This document shows, piece by piece, positions 38,750 through 48,195 of a stretch of 64,000 bases of DNA; position 1 is the stretch's first letter, and each line of letters starts with the position of its first letter. The notes beneath the pieces were generated by a model that saw nothing but the letters and a program-made list of their open reading frames with translations, was not told the origin of the DNA and did not search any database. Source of the DNA: a virus (lineage: Duplodnaviria; Heunggongvirae; Uroviricota; Caudoviricetes); IMG/VR virus record IMGVR_UViG_3300012573_000004. One strand, given 5' to 3'. The position numbers were made by a program, and so were the translations under genes.

Positions 38750-39301
38750 TTACATCTTTGCAGTGTAGGCAACTACATTGCCAATTCTATGGCGCAAAAC
38801 ATCATCATAAATAGAAAAGGTTTTATACTTTACTACCATCTTAACCAGAGCATACATAGCTTCTGCTTGGACTTCTTTGGAAGCCAAAGAGAAATGAGAA
38901 ATGACATCTACAGCCACTTCTTCTCCTACCATCAAAGCATCAGAAATACGATCTGCAATGTTGTACATATCCTCCTTGCAATCAAGAAGATAGTTTTCTT
39001 TATCAGTGAAATTTTTCTTCTCTTCTGGAGAAATAAACTTGCACATTTCCACATTGAGATCAAGAAACTCTCCATCGTTGGATTTTCCCCAAAAGTTGGA
39101 AAAATCCATAGTTAATGTGGTGTCATCAAGCTCTTCATCCTGTGGAATGACAACTGATAAACTTTTTGCATCAGAAGGAGTAGGATTATCCTCGTAAGAG
39201 ACATAGTATTCTTGTCCTGATGGTGCTACAAGATGAAAAGAAGCCTTGCTACCATCTCTAACAAATTCCTTATCAATAGTTTTATCATCAAAAACAGTCA
39301 T
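38750..39301 (-). CDS. Hypothetical protein, family J
   Basis: D.KTIDKE.V, VAPS..EY, MDFSNF and VQAEAM.AL..M.VKYKT shared with 60760. Confidence 0.8.
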   Translation of the reverse strand: MTVFDDKTIDKEFVRDGSKASFHLVAPSGQEYYVSYEDNPTPSDAKSLSVVIPQDEELDDTTLTMDFSNFWGKSNDGEFLDLNVEMCKFISPEEKKNFTDKENYLLDCKEDMYNIADRISDALMVGEEVAVDVISHFSLASKEVQAEAMYALVKMVVKYKTFSIYDDVLRHRIGNVVAYTAKM

Positions 39302-39335
39302 GTAATATTTCCCTCTTTTTAATCAAACTGATCTT

Positions 39336-39908
39336 CTATTTTTCTTGTAGAGTTTTGGTGAATTCTTGCATGAGAAGGATATTATCTCTGATATTTTTGT
39401 CTCTTTCTTGAGATTGTGCATATTTGTTATTCATGTCCAACATAGCAAAGAATGCATCCTTTTTAGCTTCTGCAGAAGAGGTAGAAAACCAAATTAGCAC
39501 ACCTACAGTGGTAGATTCATCAATAGATAGACAGTTGGCAATGCATAGACAAGCAGTGTCTAAATCTTCAATCCTATAATCATCAGGATTGATAGAAGTA
39601 TCTTTCTGTGCATTATCTTTGGCCATAGCATAGACAGCTTCATCAAGAAGTGGAAGAGATTCATCTTCTTGATGTTTGGAAACAAACTCTTCTAGAGGAA
39701 TAGTATAGACAGAATCATATTCACTACCATCAGAGACAAATACTGTAATCTTATTCTTTTCAGCATCGCTGTTTCTAGTGAAATACACAGTGCAGTTATA
39801 ACCAAGAGAAGAAGTGCAGGTATAACCTACCTTTGTCTTGTGCGCTCCTCCATAACTCCCAAGATCATCAGGTTTGATGTAAGAGTCAGAACGGTTGAGG
39901 TCAAGCAT
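39336..39908 (-). CDS. Hypothetical protein, family J-like
   Basis: IA..L.I.E......F...S helix pattern like its neighbours; AAGGAG RBS. Confidence 0.7.
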   Translation of the reverse strand: MLDLNRSDSYIKPDDLGSYGGAHKTKVGYTCTSSLGYNCTVYFTRNSDAEKNKITVFVSDGSEYDSVYTIPLEEFVSKHQEDESLPLLDEAVYAMAKDNAQKDTSINPDDYRIEDLDTACLCIANCLSIDESTTVGVLIWFSTSSAEAKKDAFFAMLDMNNKYAQSQERDKNIRDNILLMQEFTKTLQEK

Positions 39909-39985
39909 TGATAGTTATTCTCCTTGATATGTTTTTTATACAGGTGATTCTTCATCTCTACTGTATCAGGATGCAAAGCTACTGT

Positions 39986-41032
39986 CTAGTTTTTCCCTTT
40001 GATAACATCATCTTTATATTGTTCTGTTATCTTGATGATCTCATACATAATGACTGCTTGTGTTTCAGGTGAGTAATGGGGAAACTCTCCAATAAACTCT
40101 AAAGCCTTCTCCTCATTTACTGCTAGAGCATTAGCAATATGCTGTGCAATCTGAGACAAGGAAAAACAATCATAATCTTCATCAAGAAGAGGATTAGTGA
40201 TTTCTCCTTGATGTGTTCTTACTTCTTCCACAATGTACTCATTAAGCAAAGCAAAAGTGTAGTCAGATTCAGGATCTAAAAAGTGGGAAAAATCCATAAT
40301 GAGTTCATCTTCTTTTTCACCCTCTTGTGCAGGATAAATAGCTACTGCACAATCAATACCATCTAGAACAGGATGGGTTCTTCTAGGAGATAGGAGGTAC
40401 TTCTTCCCAGAAGAAGAAACAACTTCAATGACATCTTTAACACCACTATGAGGAGAAATCAAAGTGGTGATAGTTTTTGTGATGGATGCTTCCTTACTCT
40501 TACTCATTGTTGTTTTCCTATTTTTGCTGCTTAGCTCCACATATTCCCGTGCTTTTTCAATCTCTTCATGCATATGAGATTCTTTCCCACAAGGGGGATA
40601 AATTTCTATAATGATATCATCCAAGGTACGCAGAGCTTCTTTTTTCATCTTCATGGAAGCGTTATTAAACTCAGAAATGATGCCTAAGCAAGCAATATCA
40701 TTTTTTTCCAAAGCTAGAGCAAAAGTGGTAGCAATTTCCTTTGTGTTGTTGAACTTATATCGTTTGACATCTTCTTCATTGTGATGATTCCGAGAAGTGA
40801 AACCTGATATTGCAAGATAATGTAAATACTCTCTTACGTTGATTTCAGTGATTGTGCTGAAATCTTTTAAAGTATGGCCATTTTTTGTGCTGATATGCTT
40901 CTTTGAAACTTTAACAGTACAAGAATCCTCATTATGATCTACATCATAAGAGATCACATAGGACTGTCCAGATTGCTCATTGAAGATGTCATATTCTCCA
41001 TGATTTCCCTCAGCAATAGTTTCTTGATACAT
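39986..41032 (-). CDS. Fusion of a family J2 domain and a family J domain
   Basis: N-half resembles 61352-61924 (SGQ.Y..S; DIACL.II..F..A); C-half resembles 38750 and 60760 (MDFS.F; IA.ALAV.EE); internal AGGA-ATG at MSKSKE. Confidence 0.75.
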   Translation of the reverse strand: MYQETIAEGNHGEYDIFNEQSGQSYVISYDVDHNEDSCTVKVSKKHISTKNGHTLKDFSTITEINVREYLHYLAISGFTSRNHHNEEDVKRYKFNNTKEIATTFALALEKNDIACLGIISEFNNASMKMKKEALRTLDDIIIEIYPPCGKESHMHEEIEKAREYVELSSKNRKTTMSKSKEASITKTITTLISPHSGVKDVIEVVSSSGKKYLLSPRRTHPVLDGIDCAVAIYPAQEGEKEDELIMDFSHFLDPESDYTFALLNEYIVEEVRTHQGEITNPLLDEDYDCFSLSQIAQHIANALAVNEEKALEFIGEFPHYSPETQAVIMYEIIKITEQYKDDVIKGKN

Positions 41033-41113
41033 AAGTATTTTCTCCTTGAAAATAGTTTTTTTGATGATATGGTTTTCTTTTATCCTATAGCATCAAAGAA
41101 CAATGATCAAGGG

Positions 41114-42007
41114 TTAAAAATCTTCTTCTACAGGAACAATCCTCAAAGCATCTTGATCAGCCATCTTTTGCTTGAGTTGTTTTTGTTCCAGTTGAGTTTT
41201 TTCAATGTCTTTGTCATATTTTTGTGCTAAATCCACAATCATATCTACTTCTTTTGAAAAGTTACCAAGGATAGATTCAAGCTTATCTGTATACTTTCCC
41301 ATCAACTCTTCTGAAATGACATCATGATTGGCAGCTAAAAAGCAATACAATCTCATGTATTCATCATATTTATTGGAAAAAGGAAAAAGATCAATATGTT
41401 GGATAGTTTTTTGATCTAAAATAAAAACACTTTTCACCTTGTCTAAAAATGTGTTATTGAGTGAATCTATCTTCTTATCAACGCTATGTTGTAGATCAAC
41501 AACCTCAATGGAGGATAGTTCTTTTCTTTGGCCAACAGAAAAAAGATTATCTAGATAAGAAAAATCTTTTCTGGTTAAAGCTTTTCTTTCATCTACTTTT
41601 TGCAACCAAGAAAACAAAAAACCAGAAGAGACAAAAGAGCTTACAGAAAGGATGATAAAAACAGTATCAGAAAGAAAACTTCCTTCTTCAGCAAAAACAA
41701 AAACAATAGATAAAAATCCTAAAACTACCAATGCTACAAAGATAGCCACAGCTACTAAGGTGATAAGAGTTTTGAGCAAAGTAAAAGATACAGTTTTGAA
41801 AAACCCTGATGCAACAACACTGTCATTGTTCTTTTCCCGTGCAAGGTTATCCACATAAGAAAGACCACTAAATGTGGTAGGAAGAAAAGAGATTCCTGAT
41901 GATCCCTTTTTATTAAAAAAGCTGTTTAAAACTACAGAAGAACTTGATTTTCCAATGAAATTGCAGTTGCTGCTGTTGGGGTTAGATATTACTTTCTTAT
42001 TATCCAT
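41114..42007 (-). CDS. Hypothetical two-TM membrane protein, family A
   Basis: NK.VIS.P...NC, PTTF.GLSY.D.L.RE, YD.YM.LY.FL.AN, DA.R.VPVEED. Confidence 0.82.
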   Translation of the reverse strand: MDNKKVISNPNSSNCNFIGKSSSSVVLNSFFNKKGSSGISFLPTTFSGLSYVDNLAREKNNDSVVASGFFKTVSFTLLKTLITLVAVAIFVALVVLGFLSIVFVFAEEGSFLSDTVFIILSVSSFVSSGFLFSWLQKVDERKALTRKDFSYLDNLFSVGQRKELSSIEVVDLQHSVDKKIDSLNNTFLDKVKSVFILDQKTIQHIDLFPFSNKYDEYMRLYCFLAANHDVISEELMGKYTDKLESILGNFSKEVDMIVDLAQKYDKDIEKTQLEQKQLKQKMADQDALRIVPVEEDF

Positions 42008-42092
42008 GATACTGTTTCCTTTTTCTAGTTGTGTGGCACTACCATCTTATTAAAGAAGGAAACTTATCCCAAAATCTCTTTTTAATGTTTTT

Positions 42093-42884
42093 TTAGAAGT
42101 TGGAGATGATAACTTCACTGCTTTTCTTAGAAGCATTCATTCCATAACTCCACTGTGCTTTATCAATCCTAAATCCAGAATACATTTCTCTAATATCAGA
42201 AGAATCATTGTAGGTGAGAAGAATCTTATTATCTTTTCCTACTCTATGTACTAGATCAGCAAACTCTTGATGATTGAAACCTCTATGGGTGTTTCCTTGT
42301 ACTCCATAGAGAAAACTATCATCAAGTTTATAAGGAGGATCTAGGAAAATGAGATCATAAGAAGATAGATCTTCTTGCAATATATCAAAAGCATTACCAC
42401 AAGAGACTTCAAGGTGAGGATTAGAAAAGCTTTCTACTCTATGAACACTACTTGGGGTAAACCTATCTCTAGCAGCTGAAGCAGAAAATCCTCCAGAAAG
42501 AGTTGCTCCTGAAAAAGAACACCTATTGATCACAAAGAATAAGGTAGCAAGCTCCATATCACCAGTAAAGTCTCTATCCTTGATTTTTGCTTGCAAAGAT
42601 TTAAACAGCTCTTTATCTACTTTCCCTAAGTAGGAAGAGATATTTTCAGCTAGCTTTTTAGGATGGTTGATAACTTCATGCCAAAAACATGCTACTGGAT
42701 AAAAAGCATCATATCCATCTACTTTATGTCCCTTTCCTGTAGCATAAAGCTCAAAGCTTCCACCACCAAAAAATGGGGAAAGTATCTTCTCATCCTTACT
42801 ATCAAGATAAGTAGCAAGGGTAGTTTTTGCTCTTGTTTTTCCTCCTGGATAGCGCAGGAGTCCTTTAGTTGTTATTTTGCTCAT
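42093..42884 (-). CDS. dam: DNA adenine methyltransferase, Dam/D12 family
   Basis: LRYPGGK, SPFFGGGS (motif I), DPPY (motif IV), E.II.N C-terminus; target sequence not determinable. Confidence 0.88.
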   Translation of the reverse strand: MSKITTKGLLRYPGGKTRAKTTLATYLDSKDEKILSPFFGGGSFELYATGKGHKVDGYDAFYPVACFWHEVINHPKKLAENISSYLGKVDKELFKSLQAKIKDRDFTGDMELATLFFVINRCSFSGATLSGGFSASAARDRFTPSSVHRVESFSNPHLEVSCGNAFDILQEDLSSYDLIFLDPPYKLDDSFLYGVQGNTHRGFNHQEFADLVHRVGKDNKILLTYNDSSDIREMYSGFRIDKAQWSYGMNASKKSSEVIISNF

Positions 42885-42948
42885 AGGATACTATCCTATC
42901 ATAGAAAAGAAGAAGAAATAAATGCTACATAGAAAGGTGAAAATCATT

Positions 42949-43230
42949 ATGTATAAAATCAAAATCTCCATAGATACTATCACAGGGAAAACATATACCT
43001 CTTATACCACTATTGATGACGGTGAAGGCAATCCTTGCACAGATTATGATACAGCATGGGAAGTTTATCAAGAGTTTTCTACCTTGGTAGAAGATGCTGT
43101 GAATAATGGTGAGAAGATTACCAGTGTTGTTCTAGACGATCCTTTAGAGAAAAAAGAAGGAAGCAAGTTGATTGTAAACCCACAACACATTGTGGCAGCA
43201 GAGGTTGAATTCGTGGAGGTAGAGGAATAA
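42949..43230 (+). CDS. Hypothetical acidic protein
   Basis: Start reassigned to MYKIKIS after AAGGTG. Confidence 0.65.
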   Translation: MYKIKISIDTITGKTYTSYTTIDDGEGNPCTDYDTAWEVYQEFSTLVEDAVNNGEKITSVVLDDPLEKKEGSKLIVNPQHIVAAEVEFVEVEE

Positions 43231-43295
43231 TAACGGGGGGTAGGTAGTTTGTGTCCCTTTTCCCACCTCCTCCTACAAAGAGAAGATAGGGAGAT

Positions 43296-43691
43296 TTAAC
43301 CAACAACCCCTCCTTGATACTGAGGAATACCATCAACAAGATCATCTAAAACAGAAAGAACTTCCTTAGCACAGTTATGTTCCATGCTGTCTTTTTCACT
43401 AGAAGATAGTACTTCTTTGTAGTGAGCTTTCTTCTCTTCTATCTTATCCCTCCAATACACAACCTCTTGGGCAAAATCAGGTGCATAAGAAGATAGAATG
43501 AGATCATCATTAGAAAATGGGTGCAATTCTAGTTCTGATGCATAAGAAACAGCCTTTCCATCAGAATCATAGAGAGTCTCCCCTCCCTCACAAAGGAGAT
43601 AGCCATACCTGGTATCACAATACCAAGGAATAGTATCAGCTGATTTGTCTAGCATTGTGTGGATATCTTGAGAAGTTAAGTTTTCTCGCAT
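43296..43691 (-). CDS. Hypothetical protein
   Basis: AAGGAAG RBS. Confidence 0.65.
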   Translation of the reverse strand: MRENLTSQDIHTMLDKSADTIPWYCDTRYGYLLCEGGETLYDSDGKAVSYASELELHPFSNDDLILSSYAPDFAQEVVYWRDKIEEKKAHYKEVLSSSEKDSMEHNCAKEVLSVLDDLVDGIPQYQGGVVG

Positions 43692-43828
43692 AGTAATCTT
43701 CCTTATTGATATGATGTGTTGTTTATTTGATATGCTTCTATTCTACTAGAAGAGATAGTGCGTAGCAACAAAACTTCCCCTTTGTTGAAAAAGTATCAAC
43801 AAAAAGGAAGTTTTCTATCATCTAGATA

Positions 43829-44161
43829 CTATAGATGAAAGATGTCAATGACATTAACCAGATCTTTGAGATCAAGTTCTGTATCTTTAGGGCTGGTAAT
43901 AACAAAGAACTCAGGAAAATCCATGATCACATCAATGACATCAAAGTATTCTTCTCCATCCCATGTGCGATCCACTAAAGGAATATCATGGAAAGTTTCT
44001 TCATCCTTGTGGAAAGATTTAACATCATAGAAAAAGTTAGCAAAATCAGTAGGAACATGATCAATGGATAGATCTATTGCTACTTTGTGGCTTTCAGTTG
44101 TAATCCTACCGTCATGATCTTTTGTAAGGAATACTCCCTCAAAAATGACATCGCTAAACAT
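43829..44161 (-). CDS. Hypothetical acidic protein, family H
   Basis: F.GVF, P.DF.NFF..V.SF and DRTWDG.EY shared with 54197. Confidence 0.8.
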   Translation of the reverse strand: MFSDVIFEGVFLTKDHDGRITTESHKVAIDLSIDHVPTDFANFFYDVKSFHKDEETFHDIPLVDRTWDGEEYFDVIDVIMDFPEFFVITSPKDTELDLKDLVNVIDIFHL

Positions 44162-44167
44162 GGTATT

Positions 44168-44270
44168 TTCTCCTTATATTGTGTGGTGTTTTCCTTGTTG
44201 ATACTTACTACTATAGGATTTTTGTTATAGTCAGGCAAGTTTTAACAGTGATCTGCACCCCTATATGGGT
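44168..44270 (-). promoter_or_regulatory. Conserved promoter module
   Basis: ACCCATATAGGGGT box, TTGCCT...TATAGT, AAGGAAAACACCAC leader. Confidence 0.72.
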
Positions 44271-44407
44271 GTGATGCACATGCAAAGATGTAGATCATTT
44301 CCTATATATTCTATGTCCCTTTTTCAAATGGTCCAACACAGCAAAAAAGCACCTCCTTGAAAGATACATTCTTCAAGGAGGTGTTAAAACCAGAGGTTAA
44401 TAGCCTT

Positions 44408-44794
44408 TTATCCTTCTAGTTCTTCCCAATAATACTCATCCATGATCTTTTGCACCTCTCTATCATACTTGATATTGAAGGTAACAGAAAGAATCTCAGT
44501 TTCATCGTCACCTAGATGTGTCTCCTCATATTCACCATAATCTTCTTTATAGCTTTTTAAGAACACTCCCTCATAAGGGTAGTTATCTGCATCACCTACA
44601 GTATGAACATACCTTTTTTCTAGATCTTTACTCTGATAAAGCTTATCCTGATCAATCTTTTCAAAAATCCTCCCCATAACCTCATTGAGGGTATGGTTGC
44701 GTGCAGAATCACGCTGTGAGTATAGTGCATGTATCTCATCATTTTTCTTTTTGATTTCTTCATCTAGTTGGTGGATATTCATGTTCTTATTCAT
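44408..44794 (-). CDS. Hypothetical protein, family G
   Basis: Start reassigned to MNKNMNI; paralog of 31894. Confidence 0.8.
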   Translation of the reverse strand: MNKNMNIHQLDEEIKKKNDEIHALYSQRDSARNHTLNEVMGRIFEKIDQDKLYQSKDLEKRYVHTVGDADNYPYEGVFLKSYKEDYGEYEETHLGDDETEILSVTFNIKYDREVQKIMDEYYWEELEG

Positions 44795-45016
44795 GATTTT
44801 CTCCTTGTATGATAGTAGATTTAAGATATGATAGTTTCTTTCCATTTGACATGGTATAACACAATTTCTTCTTTGTCTAATGGCGAAGTGAAAAAAACTT
44901 ACTCCCACTTATATAATGGGATGAATTCTTACCACTATAACTTAACCCTTATCAGGATTTCTCTTATGGTAATAAGTGTTAAAAACAAAGAAAAACACAC
45001 TATATAAGGAGAAAAC

Positions 45017-45292
45017 ATGTTTGTTATTGCCACTCATCTTGATGTTGATACTGCTGGATATGATATATCACTTAATGTCTCACCAATCAAGGATAATTCA
45101 GAAGAAACTGTGATGGAATTTATTCACAATGAATTCCCTGAAATGGATAAGGATTCCATTGAAATAGAATATAATGAAGATGGAACTGTAGATAGCGCTA
45201 AATTTTATGAATATGGTGAGGTTCTACATGAATATGAGTATGTGGAGTTTGAACTTTGCTGGGAAGTGAAATTGTTCAAATTGGATATTTAG
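45017..45292 (+). CDS. Small highly acidic hypothetical protein
   Basis: AAGGAG RBS; leader TAATAAGTGTTAAAAACAAAGAAAAACACAC is related to the promoter module. Confidence 0.72.
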   Translation: MFVIATHLDVDTAGYDISLNVSPIKDNSEETVMEFIHNEFPEMDKDSIEIEYNEDGTVDSAKFYEYGEVLHEYEYVEFELCWEVKLFKLDI

Positions 45293-45577
45293 TCATTTTT
45301 AAGAAGAAAATATCAATGAAAACAGGTATTTAAAATAGATAAGTTCATAAATTCAAAGGTGAGTACACCACTGGGCTTGTCCCCGTGGTGATTGATTTTT
45401 TCATGATATAAGACAATCTCTTTTTTGTCTAGAGGTGAAATCAAAAAACTTCAAAAGATATATTTGCCCTCCCTATATGAGTGTGGATAACTTTTTCTTC
45501 TAGACAACATTAAATATCAATGCTATGATTTATTTATGTATCAAGAAAACACCCCATCACAAGAAAGAAACATAATC

Positions 45578-46528
45578 ATGGATAACAAGAAAATCATTTC
45601 CCATCCCACACCTAAGACATCACCTGACCTGCTTGTTTATGGCAAGGATAAGTTTGCTAATATCTCTAACCACAATGATAAGGTTGTTGATGACTATATT
45701 ATTCTTCCTCGCAGCTTCAATGATGCAATGAAGTCTTTTCCTATCATTCAGAAGTATCAGAAAGGAAAGTATCCTAAGAAGTTCTTTTGGCGGCAAAAGA
45801 TCAGGGAATATTTCCAGAATAAGTATGGAAAAGAGCGCTATAACAAGGCTGAAGTCAACGAGGAAACTGCACTAATGGGAGCAGCACTTGTTGGTTCATT
45901 TATTGCATTTATCGCACCAATATTTGCCTATCTTAACTTTTTCTGTGAAAATCCTGAATTGGAATCATCACAAAGCAATGCTACTGGCATAGGTTTTATT
46001 GTTTTTATTCTCTACAGTTTTTTAGCAGTATGGTTTGTGGAGTTTAGTCCTTGGGGTGTTAAATATGATGAAGAAGATATGAAGAAGAAACTTCAATACA
46101 AAATCCCTGAGGAAGACAAGAGGTGCGCATATGAAGCTCAGTTCCTGTGCATAGACAAGTATGATGATAAGTTCCCATCTTTCCATAGCAAAGCTATTCT
46201 ATATCTTGCAGAAAAATCTGTATACAAGCTCTTCTTGGATACTGATCCAGACATCTTGAACTCTATGCAGATTGTTCCTCTATCCCAGTCATATGACGAA
46301 TTGATGGATATGCTAGTTTTCACCCTGGCAAATAGTGAAAATATTTCTGTAGAACTCATGGATGATTACACAGAAGAGTTGAATAAGAGGTTGAAAGTTT
46401 TCCAGGAAATGACAGAAGACATGGTTAATGCAACCAAGGATATGGAAGAATTCCAGAAGAATGCATGCCAGGACTCTCTAGATGATGAAGCAGTAATGTT
46501 CATGCCAGTTTCCAGGAAGAACAAATAA
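45578..46528 (+). CDS. Two-TM membrane protein, family A
   Basis: MDNKKIIS.P start, SYDEL..ML.F..AN..NIS..LM..Y, DDEA..FMP. Confidence 0.78.
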   Translation: MDNKKIISHPTPKTSPDLLVYGKDKFANISNHNDKVVDDYIILPRSFNDAMKSFPIIQKYQKGKYPKKFFWRQKIREYFQNKYGKERYNKAEVNEETALMGAALVGSFIAFIAPIFAYLNFFCENPELESSQSNATGIGFIVFILYSFLAVWFVEFSPWGVKYDEEDMKKKLQYKIPEEDKRCAYEAQFLCIDKYDDKFPSFHSKAILYLAEKSVYKLFLDTDPDILNSMQIVPLSQSYDELMDMLVFTLANSENISVELMDDYTEELNKRLKVFQEMTEDMVNATKDMEEFQKNACQDSLDDEAVMFMPVSRKNK

Positions 46529-46704
46529 GCAAGAAAACACACCCTCACCTGTAATAGATGAGGGTGTTTTTGTATATACCACAAAGAGCTAAATAAGAGA
46601 ATAAAAGTTTTTTGCAAGGTTGTATTTACTATTTCAGATTGATTAGTGATACTGTTATGTTTAAGCAAAAAATCACGCAAAATACAAAGGAAAAAGAAGA
46701 TATT

Positions 46705-47655
46705 ATGCCTGATAAAGATATTATCCCAGTGGTAAACTCTACTACCGCACCTCAGGTATGCCGCAAAATTGATGATAATGATGCATATAAACGCTATATT
46801 CTAAGAAACGATCAATGGATAAACCCTAGCTCTACTGATTGGAAGGTTGTTCCTACAAGTTTTTCTGATGCTAGATCTTTGTACTCTTTTATCCAATCAG
46901 GGAAAAAGCCACCAAGATTGTTTAGCTCAACTTCTTCTGCCTTGTCCCTTGTATTGGCATCTTCTGTTATTTCTGCATCTTTTATCTATTTTGCTGCTTA
47001 TGAGACTTTTGCTTCATTGGGAATAGTTTTGAAATCAATCATGGTGTTGCTGTGCTTTCTTGCTTTTTTGGTTGCTATTTCAGTTCCTGCATCCTTGATA
47101 ACTCATCAGTATTCTAAGAAAAATGGAAAGGTTATCACTCAGCTTGATTTTAAGGATTTTTCCTCCCGTTATCCTTCATCTTTAGAAATGATAGATCTTC
47201 ACTCTATAAGGAAAGAATGTACCCCACAATCTCCTAGTGCATCTTCTAGGATTTTTATTTACATTGTGCAAGAATGCACTCAATGCTTAAAAGAAGTAGG
47301 ACAAGCTATAGAGTGCATAGAAAAACTTCCATCAGAAACAGTAGATACTCAAAAATTGCAAAAATCCTATGATGATTATGTCTCTACACTTTCCTTTGCT
47401 GTTGGCAACAAAGATGCCATCTCACTTGATCTCTTAAGAGAATATAGAAATGATCTCAAAGAGATAGCACAAGAAATAACTCTGCAATCAGAAGAGATTG
47501 TAGCACTGTATTCTTCCTATAAAGAAGAAGTAGAAAAATCCAAGGAAGAATACACCTTAGAGATGGATAATATTAAAAGAGAAATGAAACAAGGAGACCT
47601 CAATAGAGCTGATGATATGGCCACATCATTTATGCCATTGAGGAGAGATGATTAA
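46705..47655 (+). CDS. Two-TM membrane protein, family A
   Basis: SYDDY...L.F...N...IS..L...Y; DD.A..FMP ending. Confidence 0.78.
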   Translation: MPDKDIIPVVNSTTAPQVCRKIDDNDAYKRYILRNDQWINPSSTDWKVVPTSFSDARSLYSFIQSGKKPPRLFSSTSSALSLVLASSVISASFIYFAAYETFASLGIVLKSIMVLLCFLAFLVAISVPASLITHQYSKKNGKVITQLDFKDFSSRYPSSLEMIDLHSIRKECTPQSPSASSRIFIYIVQECTQCLKEVGQAIECIEKLPSETVDTQKLQKSYDDYVSTLSFAVGNKDAISLDLLREYRNDLKEIAQEITLQSEEIVALYSSYKEEVEKSKEEYTLEMDNIKREMKQGDLNRADDMATSFMPLRRDD

Positions 47656-47856
47656 CCTAAAGAGAGAAAATCTTATTTTCTCTTCATGACATTATTTGTG
47701 TCCCTTTTATTTGCACTATTGGTATATCTTGTACCTTCTTTTAGGATAGGAGAAAGTACAAGACTTATATGCCATTTTTCTTTCCAAGGAGTACATGCAA
47801 TCATGAGAGTTCAGGCATAGAAAGAGAAGCTTTATCTTTGCGAAGGAAGAATATAC

Positions 47857-47872
47857 TGTGTGTTAAATCACA
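47857..47872. promoter_or_regulatory. CRP/GlxR-like palindromic site upstream of sRNA promoter
   Basis: TGTGTGTTAAATCACA against the consensus TGTGANNTANNTCACA (one mismatch); identical copy at 49187-49202. Confidence 0.55.
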
Positions 47873-47927
47873 TGAAGATATGTGTGTCTTCTCTTGACAA
47901 GAAAGCATTGTACCTATATAGTAGAAG

Positions 47928-48090
47928 ATGTACTTGAGAGAGAAAAAGCTACCGTAATCTCTCTCAAGGACAATATCGTTTCTGCTAAAAACCTACATTT
48001 TCAAAACTGCGACTGCTATTGCTATAGTGGAAACGATGACTTTTCTAGAAAAAACACCTCTTATGAATCACCTACCATAAGGGGTGTTTT
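47928..48090 (+). ncRNA. Candidate three-hairpin sRNA, family R1 copy 1
   Basis: TTGACA (47894)-17-TATAGT (47917) promoter; stems CTTGAGAGAGA/TCTCTCTCAAG and ATCGTTTCTGCTA/TAGTGGAAACGAT; terminator AAACACCTCTTAT/ATAAGGGGTGTTT. Confidence 0.65.
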
Positions 48091-48195
48091 CTTATATCTT
48101 TTTTAAAAAAGCATTGAAACTTCCTGTAGGAAGTGGTACTCTTGGGAAGAAAAAGATGCTATCATTTTTCAATTCCAAAAGGAGTATATCTCACA

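Noticed and set aside
2316..46950. TGTCCCT hits inside coding regions (2316, 3251, 29220, 42727, 46943)
   Set aside because: Explainable by encoded residues (for example YMSL); excluded from the intergenic count although they share the + polarity
47882..48106. 74-aa ORF over the R1 sRNA
   Set aside because: Starts upstream of the promoter, has no SD, runs through the terminator, and is not preserved in the second copy
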